Below are positions 30,516 to 41,040 of a DNA stretch of 64,000 bases, piece after piece. The notes beneath the pieces were generated by a model. That model did no database searches. It saw only the letters and a program-made list of their open reading frames with translations, and was not told the DNA's origin. A program made the translations under genes and the position numbers. The stretch is from assembly GCA_045533905.1 (NCBI GenBank), contig JAZSIR010000016.1, forward strand, positions 9,803 through 73,802, written 5' to 3'. The stretch is from Clostridia bacterium. GTDB taxonomy: Bacteria; Bacillota; Clostridia; UMGS1883; UMGS1540. Within the stretch, counting starts at the first letter, position 1; each line of letters opens with the position of its first letter.

Positions 30516-31274
30516 GTGCGCATTTTTGTAGTCCATAAATCTATAATTCTGACGGGGATTGTCGCGGTGCTCCTTGCAGTATTTCTGGCACTTGGCAGCA
30601 TACCCGCCGCACGGCCTGCGGCGGGGGAGGCTGTGCGCGATGTGCCGATTTATTCCGTGGAGACAGGGGAGAAAAAGGTGGCGCTTACCTTTAATGCTGC
30701 ATGGGGAGACGAGGATATCGAAAGCATATTGCACACACTTTCGGAACAAGGCGTTTTCTGTACCTTCTTTCTCGTGGGGGAGTGGGCGGAGCGCTTTCCG
30801 GACAAAGTGAAAATGATCCGGGAGGCGGGGCACGAGATTGCGGCACATTCCTATGCCCACGCGCATTTCGGGGCACTTTCAGCCGAGGAAATCCGGCGGG
30901 ATATTGCCGCGTGTGATGAAAGCATCCGTAAAATCACGGGCGAGGCACCTTTTCTCTTCCGTGCGCCATACGGCGAGTACACGGAAGAGGTGGTGCGCAC
31001 AGTGCGGGAAGCGGGCAAGGAAATTATCCAGTGGGATGTGGACAGTCTCGACTGGAAGGGCAGAACGCCCGAAGAAATGCTTTCGCACGTTCTGCCGCGT
31101 CTCTCATCCGGCTCCATTCTCCTTTTTCACACGGGAACCGCGCACACAGCCGAAGCCCTGCCGGGCATTCTGGAAAAAATAGAAAAAGAAGGCTATGCCT
31201 TTTCTACTGTAGGCGACCTTATCCATCAGGGGAAATATACTGTGGACCATACGGGCCGTCAGCATCCGCTTTGA
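30516..31274 (+). CDS. membrane-anchored polysaccharide deacetylase (NodB homology domain)
   Basis: GTG start after GGAGAG; N-terminal TM; NodB motifs TFNAAWGDE / HSYAHA / RAPYG. Confidence 0.75.
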   Translation: MRIFVVHKSIILTGIVAVLLAVFLALGSIPAARPAAGEAVRDVPIYSVETGEKKVALTFNAAWGDEDIESILHTLSEQGVFCTFFLVGEWAERFPDKVKMIREAGHEIAAHSYAHAHFGALSAEEIRRDIAACDESIRKITGEAPFLFRAPYGEYTEEVVRTVREAGKEIIQWDVDSLDWKGRTPEEMLSHVLPRLSSGSILLFHTGTAHTAEALPGILEKIEKEGYAFSTVGDLIHQGKYTVDHTGRQHPL

Positions 31275-31451
31275 TAAAAAGAACGGAAGCAAAATTTCTT
31301 GATTTTTCGGCGTTTCTTGCGAATTCGCCCAAAAAGCGGAAGGAAAAACTCGCTTTTTTTATAAAAAGTATTGCTAAATTTTAACCGCTATGGTATAATG
31401 TACCCGAAATAGGGATACGAATGTCCCAAAAAAGTATAGGAGGAGATTTCC

Positions 31452-32738
31452 ATGAAAAAAGTTATTTGCGCAGCTTTGGCAGCATTGATGGTTCTCACAC
31501 TGCTTCCGGGTTGTCAGAATGACAAGGGTGGCGAAGGCGTTACAGAACTTCTCATCGGTATCCCCGGTGCTGACGGCGTAACCGTAAAGCTTGCTGAGAA
31601 CTTCAAGAACGCAAACGCTGACAAGTATAAGGTAACCACAGACGAAACAGCCTGGGGCGACTTTGTACAGAAGATCAAGTTACAGTTCGTTGCAAAGAAC
31701 GACGTAACACCGGTATTCTTTACCGACTCTATGCAGGCTATGACATTCGGTGCACAGGGCGCTGTAGCTGACCTTACCGAATGGGCAGACAAAGAGCTCG
31801 ACAAGGAACTTTACACAAGCGCTCTTACTGCTATCACTGACACAGAAGGTCGCCTCTGGGGTGTACCGCACGGTGTAAACTCTGTTGCTGTTCTTTACAA
31901 CAAAGACGTTTTTGATGCCCGTGGCGTTGCATACCCGACAGAGGACTGGACATGGCAGGATATGCTGGATATGGCAAAGGAACTTACCTACGACAGCGAT
32001 GGCGACGGTGAAGTAGATGTTTACGGTATTCAGTACTCCTACAACATCACACTTGGCTGGCTGCCCTTCATGGCTGCAGTTGGTGTAAATCCGTACAAGG
32101 ATGACTACAGAAACTCCAACCTCGATGACCCGAAGGTTAAAGAAGCTATGGAAAAATATGCACAGCCGATCAATGATGGTCTCCGCATGCCTGCAGCTGA
32201 CCTTGCTGCATACGGCGGCAACCAGGCATTTGCTGATGGCAAGATCGCTATGAACCTTGTACAGTACAGTGTTGTTAACGGCATTAACATGAACTATCCG
32301 GGCCTCAACTATGACGCAGTTATTATGCCGATTGGTTGGAACGGCGAACGCTCTTGCATCTACGTACCGAACACCTGGCAGGTGTATGCAGGCCTCGACG
32401 AGAATGTAAAGGCTGCAGCACTTGACTGGCTCAAGTACTTCCTCAGCGAAGAAGCTCAGATGCTTATCGCTGCAGAAGGAACAGGTCTCCCGTCCATGAA
32501 AACAGCTCTTGATGCAGTTCCGGCAGCACAGCCTGTTCCGGCAAATCTCGATGCTTTCTGGAAGGGCATTGACGAGCACGGTATGACACTTCTCGAAAAC
32601 CCGGCTTCTGCAACAACACGTACATTTATTGATGCTATGTGCAATGATATCCAGAATGGTGGCAACATTGACGAAGCAATCGCAGTTGCACATGACAGTA
32701 TGCAGAAGGAGCTCGACTACTTCTACGAAAATCGCTAA
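31452..32738 (+). CDS. ABC transporter substrate-binding lipoprotein (carbohydrate-type, SBP family 1)
   Basis: Lipobox LLPGC; ~430 aa sugar-SBP architecture; no adjacent permease or ATPase genes. Confidence 0.75.
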   Translation: MKKVICAALAALMVLTLLPGCQNDKGGEGVTELLIGIPGADGVTVKLAENFKNANADKYKVTTDETAWGDFVQKIKLQFVAKNDVTPVFFTDSMQAMTFGAQGAVADLTEWADKELDKELYTSALTAITDTEGRLWGVPHGVNSVAVLYNKDVFDARGVAYPTEDWTWQDMLDMAKELTYDSDGDGEVDVYGIQYSYNITLGWLPFMAAVGVNPYKDDYRNSNLDDPKVKEAMEKYAQPINDGLRMPAADLAAYGGNQAFADGKIAMNLVQYSVVNGINMNYPGLNYDAVIMPIGWNGERSCIYVPNTWQVYAGLDENVKAAALDWLKYFLSEEAQMLIAAEGTGLPSMKTALDAVPAAQPVPANLDAFWKGIDEHGMTLLENPASATTRTFIDAMCNDIQNGGNIDEAIAVAHDSMQKELDYFYENR

Positions 32739-32758
32739 ATCGTATCGGTTTTGAAACA

Positions 32759-32795
32759 AAAATGGCGTAGCCTTTTGGCTGCGCCATTTTATATT
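32759..32795 (+). terminator. rho-independent terminator
   Basis: AAAATGGCGTAGCC-tttt-GGCTGCGCCATTTT followed by atatttt. Confidence 0.75.
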
Positions 32796-32860
32796 TTACA
32801 AAAGAATAAACGGACACGCACGAAATAAAACCCTCCGTCATACAATGCAAATATACTTGT

Positions 32861-33571
32861 TTGACGGAGGGTAAAGTTTTGTGGGTATATCTTTTGGGAA
32901 TCCTGTTTCAGAATCTTTGTATGGTTTCATATGTCAGCCAGCCCGGCGCTTTTCCGAAGCCGCTTTCTCCGGAGGAAGAGGATGCATATGTAAAGGCGTG
33001 GGAAGCGGGCGACGAGGAGGCGCGGAATGTTCTCATAGAGCACAATATGCGCCTTGTTGCACATGTCGTTAAAAAGTACCAGGGAAGCGGTGTGGAAAAC
33101 GACGACCTGATTTCCATCGGCACCATAGGGCTTATCAAAGCCGTAAATACATATAATAGCGGTAAGAAAATCCGCATCGCCACATATGCCGCACGCTGCA
33201 TTGAAAACGAGGTTTTGATGGTCCTGCGGGCGAACCGCAAGCTTCAGGGCGAGGTTTCTTTGCAGGAACCTATCGGGTTTGACAAAGAAGGAAACGAAGT
33301 ACGGCTTTTGGATGTTCTGGACAGTAGCGATGAGGATATCACCGAAAGGCTTGACCTGAAATACCGCGTAAAATGTCTGTATGCGGCTATGCGCGCCGCA
33401 CTTCGCCCGCGGGAAAAGCGCGTTCTTATGATGCGCTACGGCCTCGGCGGCGGGGAAGAAGAAACGCAGCGGGAGATTGCCAAAGCCCTCGGCATTTCCC
33501 GATCCTATGTCAGCCGCATCGAAAAGAAGGCAATGCACAAGCTTTCAGAAGCACTCGTAAAGGGGATGTAA
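32861..33571 (+). CDS. sigK: RNA polymerase sporulation sigma factor pro-sigma-K
   Basis: Near-identity blocks to SigK (AFPKPLS, VLIEHNMRLVAHVVKK, PIGFDKEGNEV, TQREIAKALGISRSYVSRIEKKA); hydrophobic pro-sequence and conserved processing site …MVSY/VSQ. Probable TTG start (32861 or 32879 after GGAGGG). Uninterrupted gene, no skin-like insertion. Confidence 0.85.
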   Translation: MTEGKVLWVYLLGILFQNLCMVSYVSQPGAFPKPLSPEEEDAYVKAWEAGDEEARNVLIEHNMRLVAHVVKKYQGSGVENDDLISIGTIGLIKAVNTYNSGKKIRIATYAARCIENEVLMVLRANRKLQGEVSLQEPIGFDKEGNEVRLLDVLDSSDEDITERLDLKYRVKCLYAAMRAALRPREKRVLMMRYGLGGGEEETQREIAKALGISRSYVSRIEKKAMHKLSEALVKGM

Positions 33572-33591
33572 AAAGGCAATAAACTGCCACT

Positions 33592-33629
33592 AAAAAGGGT
33601 TGTGAAACTTAGTTTTCACAACCCTTTTT
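33592..33629. terminator. bidirectional terminator
   Basis: AAAAAGGGTTGTGAAAAC/GTTTTCACAACCCTTTTT. Confidence 0.85.
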
Positions 33630-33641
33630 AAATGTACAATT

Positions 33642-35423
33642 TTATTTTGCTTGTAGATTTGCCAGCTCGTAAAAATATCCCTTTTGCGCCATCAGGGAAT
33701 CATAATCCCCGATTTCTACGCATCGGCCGTGCTTCATCACCACGATGCGGTCAGCATTTCGAATGGTGGAGAGTCGGTGCGCCACCACGAAAGTGGTGCG
33801 GCCGTGAATGAGTTTATCCATAGCATCTTGCACCTTTTGCTCGGAAACATTATCAAGAGCACTCGTGGCTTCGTCCAGGAGAATAATCTGCGGGTCGCGG
33901 ACCATGGCGCGGGCGATGGCAATGCGCTGGCGCTGCCCACCCGAAAGCCGTCCGCCGTGCTCGCCGATTTGCGTGTGAATGCCGTTTGGAAGTTCGTTTA
34001 TAAGGTCGCGCAAATTCGCAAGGTCAATTACGCGTTCAATTTCCCTGTCCGGGATATGGTTAAGACCATAGGCGATGTTATCTCGAATGCTGCCGGAGAA
34101 CAGAATATTTGTTTGCGATACCACGGCAATGTGGTGCCGGTAAGCGGTGAGGTTGATATCTCTGATATCATGTCCGTCTACAGTAAGCGTACCTTCCGTG
34201 GGGAAGTGGAAGCCGATTAAAAGGTTTAACGCCGTTGTTTTGCCGGAGCCGGATTCACCTACAAAAGCAATACATTCGCCCTTTTTTACATGCAATGAGA
34301 AATCTTCAAGGACGTGTGCCGCAGGGTCATCCGGATATGTAAAGCCGACATGATCAAAATCAAATGTACCTTCCACCGTGGGAAGTCGCTTTTTGCCACG
34401 GTTATTTTCAATATCGTCAGAGGCTAAAATTTCCGAAACGGAGCCGAGCGATTCAAAACCGATGGAAAGCTGCGGGAGAAGAGATATAATAAGGTTTACA
34501 TTTCCGAGAAGTTGGGAAAAATAGGTTTGGAATAGTGCAATTTCGCCTACAGAGATTTTTCCTTTGTAGGCGAGGATGCCGGTAAAGCCAAGACAGAGCA
34601 TCTGGAAAATATTCATAACGGCCCAGGCAGAGGCGCCGAAGAGGTTCTGCATCGTATCGGTGCGGACGGCTTTGTTTCGCACAGCTTCCAGTGTACGCGA
34701 CATCCTGCGTGTTTCTACGCCTTCCAGCCCGTGCGCCTTTGTAACCGGAATCATTTCCACCATTTCCGCTACATCTGCGGACATATGCTCGATTTCTTTC
34801 CGGAATTCCGAAACGCGAAGGCGAATCGGAGTACGGAAGCAGCGGTTTAAAACAGCCGCAACCGGAATGGTGAAAAGAAAGAAGAGCGCAACTAGGGGGC
34901 TATGCATAATCGTGATTGATGCAGAAATGATGAGGCCCACAATTGCCTGCATAATGTGTACCATAACATTATTTGAAAGTGCTACAATATGGTCAACATC
35001 ACGCAGAATTTTGGATTGGATACGTCCCGAGGAAAAGTTCTTGTGGAACGAAATGGTAAGGTGCTGGAGTTTTCTCACAAGTGCATGGCGAAGCTGCATT
35101 TCAATATCGCGCGCCACGCGGATAGAAAAGTAAACCTGAGCCTGATGCGACGGGATGTTTTGGGCAATAATCAAAGTGCCGAAAAAAACATACATGATGA
35201 TTTTCTGACCGGCATTATCGGTGGGACTTATTGCGGTGTTAATAATGGCCGTGGTTACAAGCGGCGTAACCCATGCCGGTAGATTTTTGAGAATAAAAAA
35301 GACAATAGAGAGCAGAAACCTGCCCACATTGCCACGAAATAGCTGTAGTAAAGTTTTTACCGGTTGTTTTCTTGCATCATAATGGAGAAAAATTTCCTCG
35401 AAATCCAGTTTTTGCTTTTGCAT
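33642..35423 (-). CDS. ABC transporter permease/ATP-binding protein (type-I exporter, MsbA-like)
   Basis: 6-TM domain plus Walker A GESGSGKTT, LSGGQRQR signature, Walker B ILLDEATSALD. Confidence 0.85.
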   Translation of the reverse strand: MQKQKLDFEEIFLHYDARKQPVKTLLQLFRGNVGRFLLSIVFFILKNLPAWVTPLVTTAIINTAISPTDNAGQKIIMYVFFGTLIIAQNIPSHQAQVYFSIRVARDIEMQLRHALVRKLQHLTISFHKNFSSGRIQSKILRDVDHIVALSNNVMVHIMQAIVGLIISASITIMHSPLVALFFLFTIPVAAVLNRCFRTPIRLRVSEFRKEIEHMSADVAEMVEMIPVTKAHGLEGVETRRMSRTLEAVRNKAVRTDTMQNLFGASAWAVMNIFQMLCLGFTGILAYKGKISVGEIALFQTYFSQLLGNVNLIISLLPQLSIGFESLGSVSEILASDDIENNRGKKRLPTVEGTFDFDHVGFTYPDDPAAHVLEDFSLHVKKGECIAFVGESGSGKTTALNLLIGFHFPTEGTLTVDGHDIRDINLTAYRHHIAVVSQTNILFSGSIRDNIAYGLNHIPDREIERVIDLANLRDLINELPNGIHTQIGEHGGRLSGGQRQRIAIARAMVRDPQIILLDEATSALDNVSEQKVQDAMDKLIHGRTTFVVAHRLSTIRNADRIVVMKHGRCVEIGDYDSLMAQKGYFYELANLQAK

Positions 35424-35550
35424 AACCGTCCACTCCTTTTCGGGGCGTTTTGCCCGCAGATTGCTTTCGCTTTCCTGAAAATCCCTTGAGTGTTACGGTC
35501 ATTGTAGCATCCAAAAAAATAAAAGTCAAGCCTTTTTGTAAAAAAGAATA

Positions 35551-35871
35551 TTACGTTTCTGTTACGGGGTTCCAAAGGTATTTGGCAAGGTCAACTTGCC
35601 CGTCTGAGACGCGGATGCCGTCAGCCTCAAGAAGGGAAATCTGCACATTTTCGCCACCGAAAACAAATGCCTTCGAAACATACCCGTTGCGGTTTACCAC
35701 GCGGTAGCAGGGGATGGAGTCGGGGTCGGGATTTACGTGGAGCGCATAGCCTACCACGCGTGCCCATCTGGGATTGCCCGCGAGTGCCGCAATCTGCCCG
35801 TACGTGGCCACTTTACCGCGGGGGATTTTTCTTACAACCGCGTAAATGCGCGAAAAAACGGAATCACTCAT
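35551..35871 (-). CDS. MGMT-family protein (O6-alkylguanine-DNA alkyltransferase C-terminal domain only, ~106 aa)
   Basis: IPRGKVATYGQIA…NPRWARVVGYAL…IPCYRVVN (PCHRV-like active-site Cys present); RBS GGAGGATAATA; the start overlaps the mutY stop by 8 nt. Confidence 0.7.
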   Translation of the reverse strand: MSDSVFSRIYAVVRKIPRGKVATYGQIAALAGNPRWARVVGYALHVNPDPDSIPCYRVVNRNGYVSKAFVFGGENVQISLLEADGIRVSDGQVDLAKYLWNPVTET

Positions 35872-36931
35872 TATTATCCTCCAGAAAGATGCGAAATGCC
35901 GTGGGAAGTGCAATGTCGCTTTCAAGTTTTTCTTTATCAGCCCAGACAAAGGAGTCGGGCGTATTTTTGACAGGGATGCAGTAGCAGACCATATGCCACT
36001 CGGCGTGTGTGAATATGTGCACGCGCTCGAGAGAACGCGTAGGCGCCATAGGCGAAACACAAAATTCTTCCGCGCGGCGCACAGCCTCGTCGGCCGTACA
36101 TTTTCCTTCGATATTCGGAAGCTCCCACAATCCCTTCAGAAGGCCTTGTGCCTTGCGCTTTCGCACGGCGATTTTACCGTCCTTTATAAAAAGAAATACT
36201 GTCTTCTCATAGATTGCCCGTGCGCGGCGCGGCGAGCGCTTCGGTAAGGCTGCGGCTGTGCCTTCTTTTTTTGCAAGACAAATGCCGGCAAGCGGGCAAA
36301 GCTCGCAGCGGGGTGCCTTTGGAATACAGACAAGGGCACCAAGCTCCATAAGGCTCTGGGTGAAATCACCGCATTGTCCCTCGGGATACACACGGGCAAG
36401 ATTTGCGGAGACCTCTTTTTTGGCAGAAGGCAAATCAATGGGCGTCTCATCGTTTGTAAGGCGCGCCATCACGCGGAGTACATTTCCGTCCACCGCAGGG
36501 GTGGCCGCTTCAAAACAGATAGAGGAGACGGCACCGGCCGTATAGTCACCAACACCGGGGAGGGCGAGAATATCTGCATAGACTGCAGGGAATTTGCCGC
36601 CGTGTTTTTCCATCACGATCCTTGCCGCGTTCCTAAGATTGCGCGCACGTGTATAGTAGCCAAGTCCTTCCCAGAGCTTTAAGACGGCATCCTCCTTCGC
36701 ATCGGCAAGCGCGGAGATGGTGGGAAAAGCATCTATGAATCGCAGAAAGTATCCGCGCACGGCTTCCACGCGTGTCTGCTGCAGCATAATTTCAGAAAGC
36801 CACACGTGGTACGGATTTTTGTCCTGCCGCCAGGGGAGATCCCGCGCGTTTTCCGAAAACCAGGGAAGAAGCAGCGAGGGTAGTGTATTGTAGATAGAGG
36901 AAATTTTCCGGTCTTTCATAAGGGACTCCAT
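35864..36931 (-). CDS. mutY: A/G-specific adenine DNA glycosylase
   Basis: HhH-GPD N-terminus (LPWRQ…PYHVWLSEIMLQQTRV), Fe-S Cys cluster, NUDIX-like C-terminus. Confidence 0.85.
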   Translation of the reverse strand: MESLMKDRKISSIYNTLPSLLLPWFSENARDLPWRQDKNPYHVWLSEIMLQQTRVEAVRGYFLRFIDAFPTISALADAKEDAVLKLWEGLGYYTRARNLRNAARIVMEKHGGKFPAVYADILALPGVGDYTAGAVSSICFEAATPAVDGNVLRVMARLTNDETPIDLPSAKKEVSANLARVYPEGQCGDFTQSLMELGALVCIPKAPRCELCPLAGICLAKKEGTAAALPKRSPRRARAIYEKTVFLFIKDGKIAVRKRKAQGLLKGLWELPNIEGKCTADEAVRRAEEFCVSPMAPTRSLERVHIFTHAEWHMVCYCIPVKNTPDSFVWADKEKLESDIALPTAFRIFLEDNNE

Positions 36932-37063
36932 ATATTAAGGAAATAACACCGCGGAGGGTGCAGTTTCAGTATAGCATTTTCCACTTTCAAAGTCAAGTAT
37001 TCACCAAAATGAGGGGCGTGTCGAAAAAAATACTAAAAAATGAAAAAAATATTCTTTTTTCGC

Positions 37064-37092
37064 TTGACATCTTGCAAGAGATATGATAGAAT
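37064..37092 (+). promoter_or_regulatory. sigma-A promoter for rpoB (TTGACA-17-TAGAAT) with an A-rich UP-like region upstream
   Basis: Read from the sequence; followed by a ~120-nt leader containing the GC-rich palindrome CGCGGGGCCGCGCGCGGCACGCG. Confidence 0.55.
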
Positions 37093-37214
37093 ACTAATCT
37101 GCATCATAAGAATGGATAAATATGCATATTTGATGCTGCTTTTGAAGGAAAACGCGGGGCCGCGCGCGGCACGCGTATACGCATATTTTGTAATTTTAAA
37201 ATGAGGTGAGATTT

Positions 37215-40200
37215 ATGGTACATCCCGTGCAACTCGGCAAGAACACGCGTATGAGCTACTCCAAGATCGGTGAAGTATTGGAGATGCCAAATCTAATCGA
37301 GGTGCAAAAGAATTCTTACAAATGGTTTATTGAGGAAGGCATCCGTGAGGTTTTCCATGATGTGTCGCCTATTACGGACTATACCGGTAACCTCATTTTG
37401 GAATTTGTAGATTATTCTTTGGACGATAAGCCGAAGTACAGCATTGCGGAATGCAAGGAGCGTGACGCGAACTACGCCACCTCTCTTCGTGTAAAGGTAC
37501 GTCTCCGCAACCTCGAAACCGGCGAAATCAAAGAACAGGAAATCTTCATGGGTGATTTTCCGCTGATGACCGAGCAGGGTACGTTTATCATAAACGGTGC
37601 AGAGCGCGTTATCGTCAGCCAGCTCGTTCGCTCGCCCGGTATCTATTTTGAAGAAACTTTTGATAAGGTAGGGAAGAAGCTTCTCGCTGCCACCCTCATC
37701 CCGAACCGCGGTGCATGGCTCGAATATGAAACAGATTCGAACGATGTACTTTGGGTACGTGTGGACAGAACACGTAAGCTTCCTATGACTGTCCTTCTCC
37801 GTTCTCTCGGACTTGTAACCGATATGGATATTACAGGTCTTTTCGGCGAGGACGAAAGAATTCTGACAACAATTGAAAAAGATGCAGCCAAAACAGAAGA
37901 GGAAGCACTTTTTGAAGTATACCGCCGTCTGCGTCCCGGTGAACCGCCTACGGTGGAAAATGCCCGCTCACTTCTGCAAATGCTGTTCTTTGACCCGCGC
38001 CGCTATGACCTCGCGCGCGTAGGCCGTTATAAGTTCAATAAGAAGCTTGCTATCTCTACCCGTATCGTAGGGCTGGAGGCAGCAGAAAATATCGTAGACG
38101 CGGAAACCGGTGAAATTCTGGTAGCCGCCGGCGAAATTATAAAGCGCGAAGATGCAAAGGCAATCGAAAGCGCAGGCGTAAACCTCGTACACGTTGCTTT
38201 CACGGATAAGACAACGGGTGAGCGCAAAGTTATCAAGGTGTTCTCCAATAATATGGTAGACATTAATTCCTTCGTAGGCTTTGATGCCGCAGGTCTTACC
38301 ATCGGCGGTAAGGTGCGCCGCAGCGTTTTAGAAGAAATTCTTGCTGAAAATAACACGGAAGAAGATATCCGCGCTGCCATTGCACGCCGCATAGATGAAC
38401 TTTGCCCGAAGCATATCACGGAAGACGATATCTTCGCTTCCATTAACTACTGCTTAAACCTCTTTGATGGTCTCGGTAATGTAGATGATATCGACCATCT
38501 CGGGAACCGTCGCCTCCGCGGCGTAGGTGAGCTTTTGCAGAACCAGTTCCGCATGGGTCTTGCCCGTATGGAGCGCGGCGTTCGCGAAAGAATGAGTATT
38601 CAGGACCTCGATATCGTAACACCGCAGTCGCTCATTAACATTCGCCCGGTGGTCGCAACCATCAAGGAATTCTTCGGGTCCTCGCAGCTTTCACAGTTTA
38701 TGGATCAGACGAACCCTTTAGGCGAACTTACACATAAGAGAAGACTTTCTGCTCTCGGTCCCGGCGGTTTAAGCCGTGAGCGCGCAGGCTTCCAGGTTCG
38801 TGACGTACATTACACACACTACGGCCGTATGTGCCCGATTGAAACGCCTGAAGGTCCGAACATCGGTCTTATCAACTCGCTCAGTACCTATGCAAGAGTA
38901 AACGAATACGGCTTCATTGAAGCACCGTATCGTAAAGTTATTAAAGAAGAAGGCCGTGTAACCGATGAAATTCATTATATGACGGCAGACGTCGAGGATG
39001 ATTTTATCGTAGCGCAGGCTAACGAAGAGCTCGATAAAAACGGCAAGTTCGCCCACAAAAAGGTAACGGCCCGTCACAGAGATGAATTTATGGAAGTAAG
39101 TCCCACAGAAGTGGATTATATGGACGTTTCGCCGAAGCAGGTTGTATCTGTTGCTACGACGATGATTCCCTTCCTTGAAAACGATGACGCGAACCGTGCA
39201 CTTATGGGTTCGAACATGCAGAGACAGGCTGTTCCGCTTCTCAGCACCGATTCTCCCGTAGTTGGTACAGGTATGGAATACAAAGCCGCGAAGGACTCTG
39301 GTGTTGTTGTTCTTTCCCCGTGTGACGGTCTCGTAGAAAAGGTTTCGGCAAGCGAAATCGTAATCCGTGATGAAGATGGCGAACGCCATGCAATGCGTCT
39401 TTCTAAGTTTATGCGTTCGAACCAGGGCACATGCATTAACCAGCGCCCGATCGTAAGCCGCGGCGAGCTTGTGCATAAGGGCGATATCATTGCTGACGGT
39501 CCCGCAACTGCAAACGGCGAAATCGCACTTGGCCGAAACGTACTTATCGGCTTTATGACCTGGGAAGGTTATAACTACGAAGACGCTATCTTAATTAATG
39601 AAAAGCTCGTTCGTGACGATGTATTTACATCGATTCACATCGAAGAATATGAATCCGAATCGAGAGATACAAAGCTCGGGCCGGAAGATATTACAAGAGA
39701 AATTCCGAACGTCGGCGAAGATGCGCTTAAGGACCTCGATGAACGCGGCATCATCCGCGTGGGTGCGGAGGTTCGTGCCGGTGACATTTTGGTTGGTAAG
39801 GTTACACCGAAGGGTGAAACCGAGCTGACACCGGAAGAACGTCTTCTCCGTGCAATCTTCGGCGAGAAGGCCAGAGAAGTACGTGACACATCGCTGCGTG
39901 TACCGCACGGCGAAGCCGGTATCATTGTAGACGTTAAGGTATTCACAAGAGAAAACGGCGACGAGATGCCCCCCGGAGTTAACCAGATTGTCCGCTGCTA
40001 CATCGCACAGAAGCGTAAGATTTCTGTCGGTGACAAGATGGCAGGCCGTCACGGTAACAAGGGTGTTGTTTCCCGCGTACTTCCCGAAGAGGATATGCCG
40101 TTTTTGCCGGATGGCACGCCGCTCGATATCGTTCTGAATCCGCTCGGCGTTCCGTCTCGTATGAATATCGGTCAGGTTCTTGAGGTACATCTTGGTCTCG

Positions 40201-40961
40201 CGGCTAAGAAGATGGGCATCAAGATTGCCACACCGGTATTCGACGGTGCTTCGGCTGAGGATATTGCGGAAGCCCTCGAAAAGGTAGGCGCAAGACCGGA
40301 CGGTAAGACGGTTCTTTACGACGGCCGCACAGGTGAGCCGTTCGATAACCCCGTAACTGTCGGTTATATGTATATGCTGAAACTGCATCACCTTGTTGAT
40401 GATAAGATTCACGCCCGTTCCACAGGTCCCTACTCGCTTGTTACACAGCAGCCTCTCGGTGGTAAAGCACAGTTTGGCGGTCAGCGTTTCGGTGAAATGG
40501 AAGTTTGGGCCCTTGAGGCATACGGTGCAGCCTATACTCTCCAGGAAATCCTCACTGTCAAGTCCGATGACGTTGTCGGCCGCGTAAAGACATATGAGGC
40601 AGTTGTGAAGGGCGAGAACGTACCGAGCCCGGGGATCCCGGAATCCTTCAAGGTTCTTCTCAAGGAACTGCAGAGTCTTGGTATGGACGTCAAGGTGCTT
40701 AACAAAAACGGCGAAGAGGTCAACATCGGCGAATCGGCTGACGATGATATGGATGACATTATGCCTGAAGATCTCGGCCGCGGCGTAGAAGGCGAAGCCG
40801 GCGCATTTGAGCGCGCAGGCTACAGCGAAGTAGACGAGGATGACCTTCTGATGGATGCACTCGGCCTTAGCGACAATCAGCCGGTGATGGATGAGGATGA
40901 TGACCTCGACAGCTACCTCGACGCTGACATTGACGACTATGATGAGGACGATGAAGAGTAA
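37215..40961 (+). CDS. rpoB: DNA-directed RNA polymerase subunit beta
   Basis: [31 protein letters not shown]… RpoB; RBS GAGGTGA; ~80-aa acidic C-terminal tail. Confidence 0.95.
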   Translation: MVHPVQLGKNTRMSYSKIGEVLEMPNLIEVQKNSYKWFIEEGIREVFHDVSPITDYTGNLILEFVDYSLDDKPKYSIAECKERDANYATSLRVKVRLRNLETGEIKEQEIFMGDFPLMTEQGTFIINGAERVIVSQLVRSPGIYFEETFDKVGKKLLAATLIPNRGAWLEYETDSNDVLWVRVDRTRKLPMTVLLRSLGLVTDMDITGLFGEDERILTTIEKDAAKTEEEALFEVYRRLRPGEPPTVENARSLLQMLFFDPRRYDLARVGRYKFNKKLAISTRIVGLEAAENIVDAETGEILVAAGEIIKREDAKAIESAGVNLVHVAFTDKTTGERKVIKVFSNNMVDINSFVGFDAAGLTIGGKVRRSVLEEILAENNTEEDIRAAIARRIDELCPKHITEDDIFASINYCLNLFDGLGNVDDIDHLGNRRLRGVGELLQNQFRMGLARMERGVRERMSIQDLDIVTPQSLINIRPVVATIKEFFGSSQLSQFMDQTNPLGELTHKRRLSALGPGGLSRERAGFQVRDVHYTHYGRMCPIETPEGPNIGLINSLSTYARVNEYGFIEAPYRKVIKEEGRVTDEIHYMTADVEDDFIVAQANEELDKNGKFAHKKVTARHRDEFMEVSPTEVDYMDVSPKQVVSVATTMIPFLENDDANRALMGSNMQRQAVPLLSTDSPVVGTGMEYKAAKDSGVVVLSPCDGLVEKVSASEIVIRDEDGERHAMRLSKFMRSNQGTCINQRPIVSRGELVHKGDIIADGPATANGEIALGRNVLIGFMTWEGYNYEDAILINEKLVRDDVFTSIHIEEYESESRDTKLGPEDITREIPNVGEDALKDLDERGIIRVGAEVRAGDILVGKVTPKGETELTPEERLLRAIFGEKAREVRDTSLRVPHGEAGIIVDVKVFTRENGDEMPPGVNQIVRCYIAQKRKISVGDKMAGRHGNKGVVSRVLPEEDMPFLPDGTPLDIVLNPLGVPSRMNIGQVLEVHLGLAAKKMGIKIATPVFDGASAEDIAEALEKVGARPDGKTVLYDGRTGEPFDNPVTVGYMYMLKLHHLVDDKIHARSTGPYSLVTQQPLGGKAQFGGQRFGEMEVWALEAYGAAYTLQEILTVKSDDVVGRVKTYEAVVKGENVPSPGIPESFKVLLKELQSLGMDVKVLNKNGEEVNIGESADDDMDDIMPEDLGRGVEGEAGAFERAGYSEVDEDDLLMDALGLSDNQPVMDEDDDLDSYLDADIDDYDEDDEE

Positions 40962-41040
40962 GGTGCTTTTTTCCTGAGAGAAAAAAGCAATTTAGGGTAG
41001 CCGTAAGGCTGCAAGAATATAGAAAGGGACGGTGCGACAA

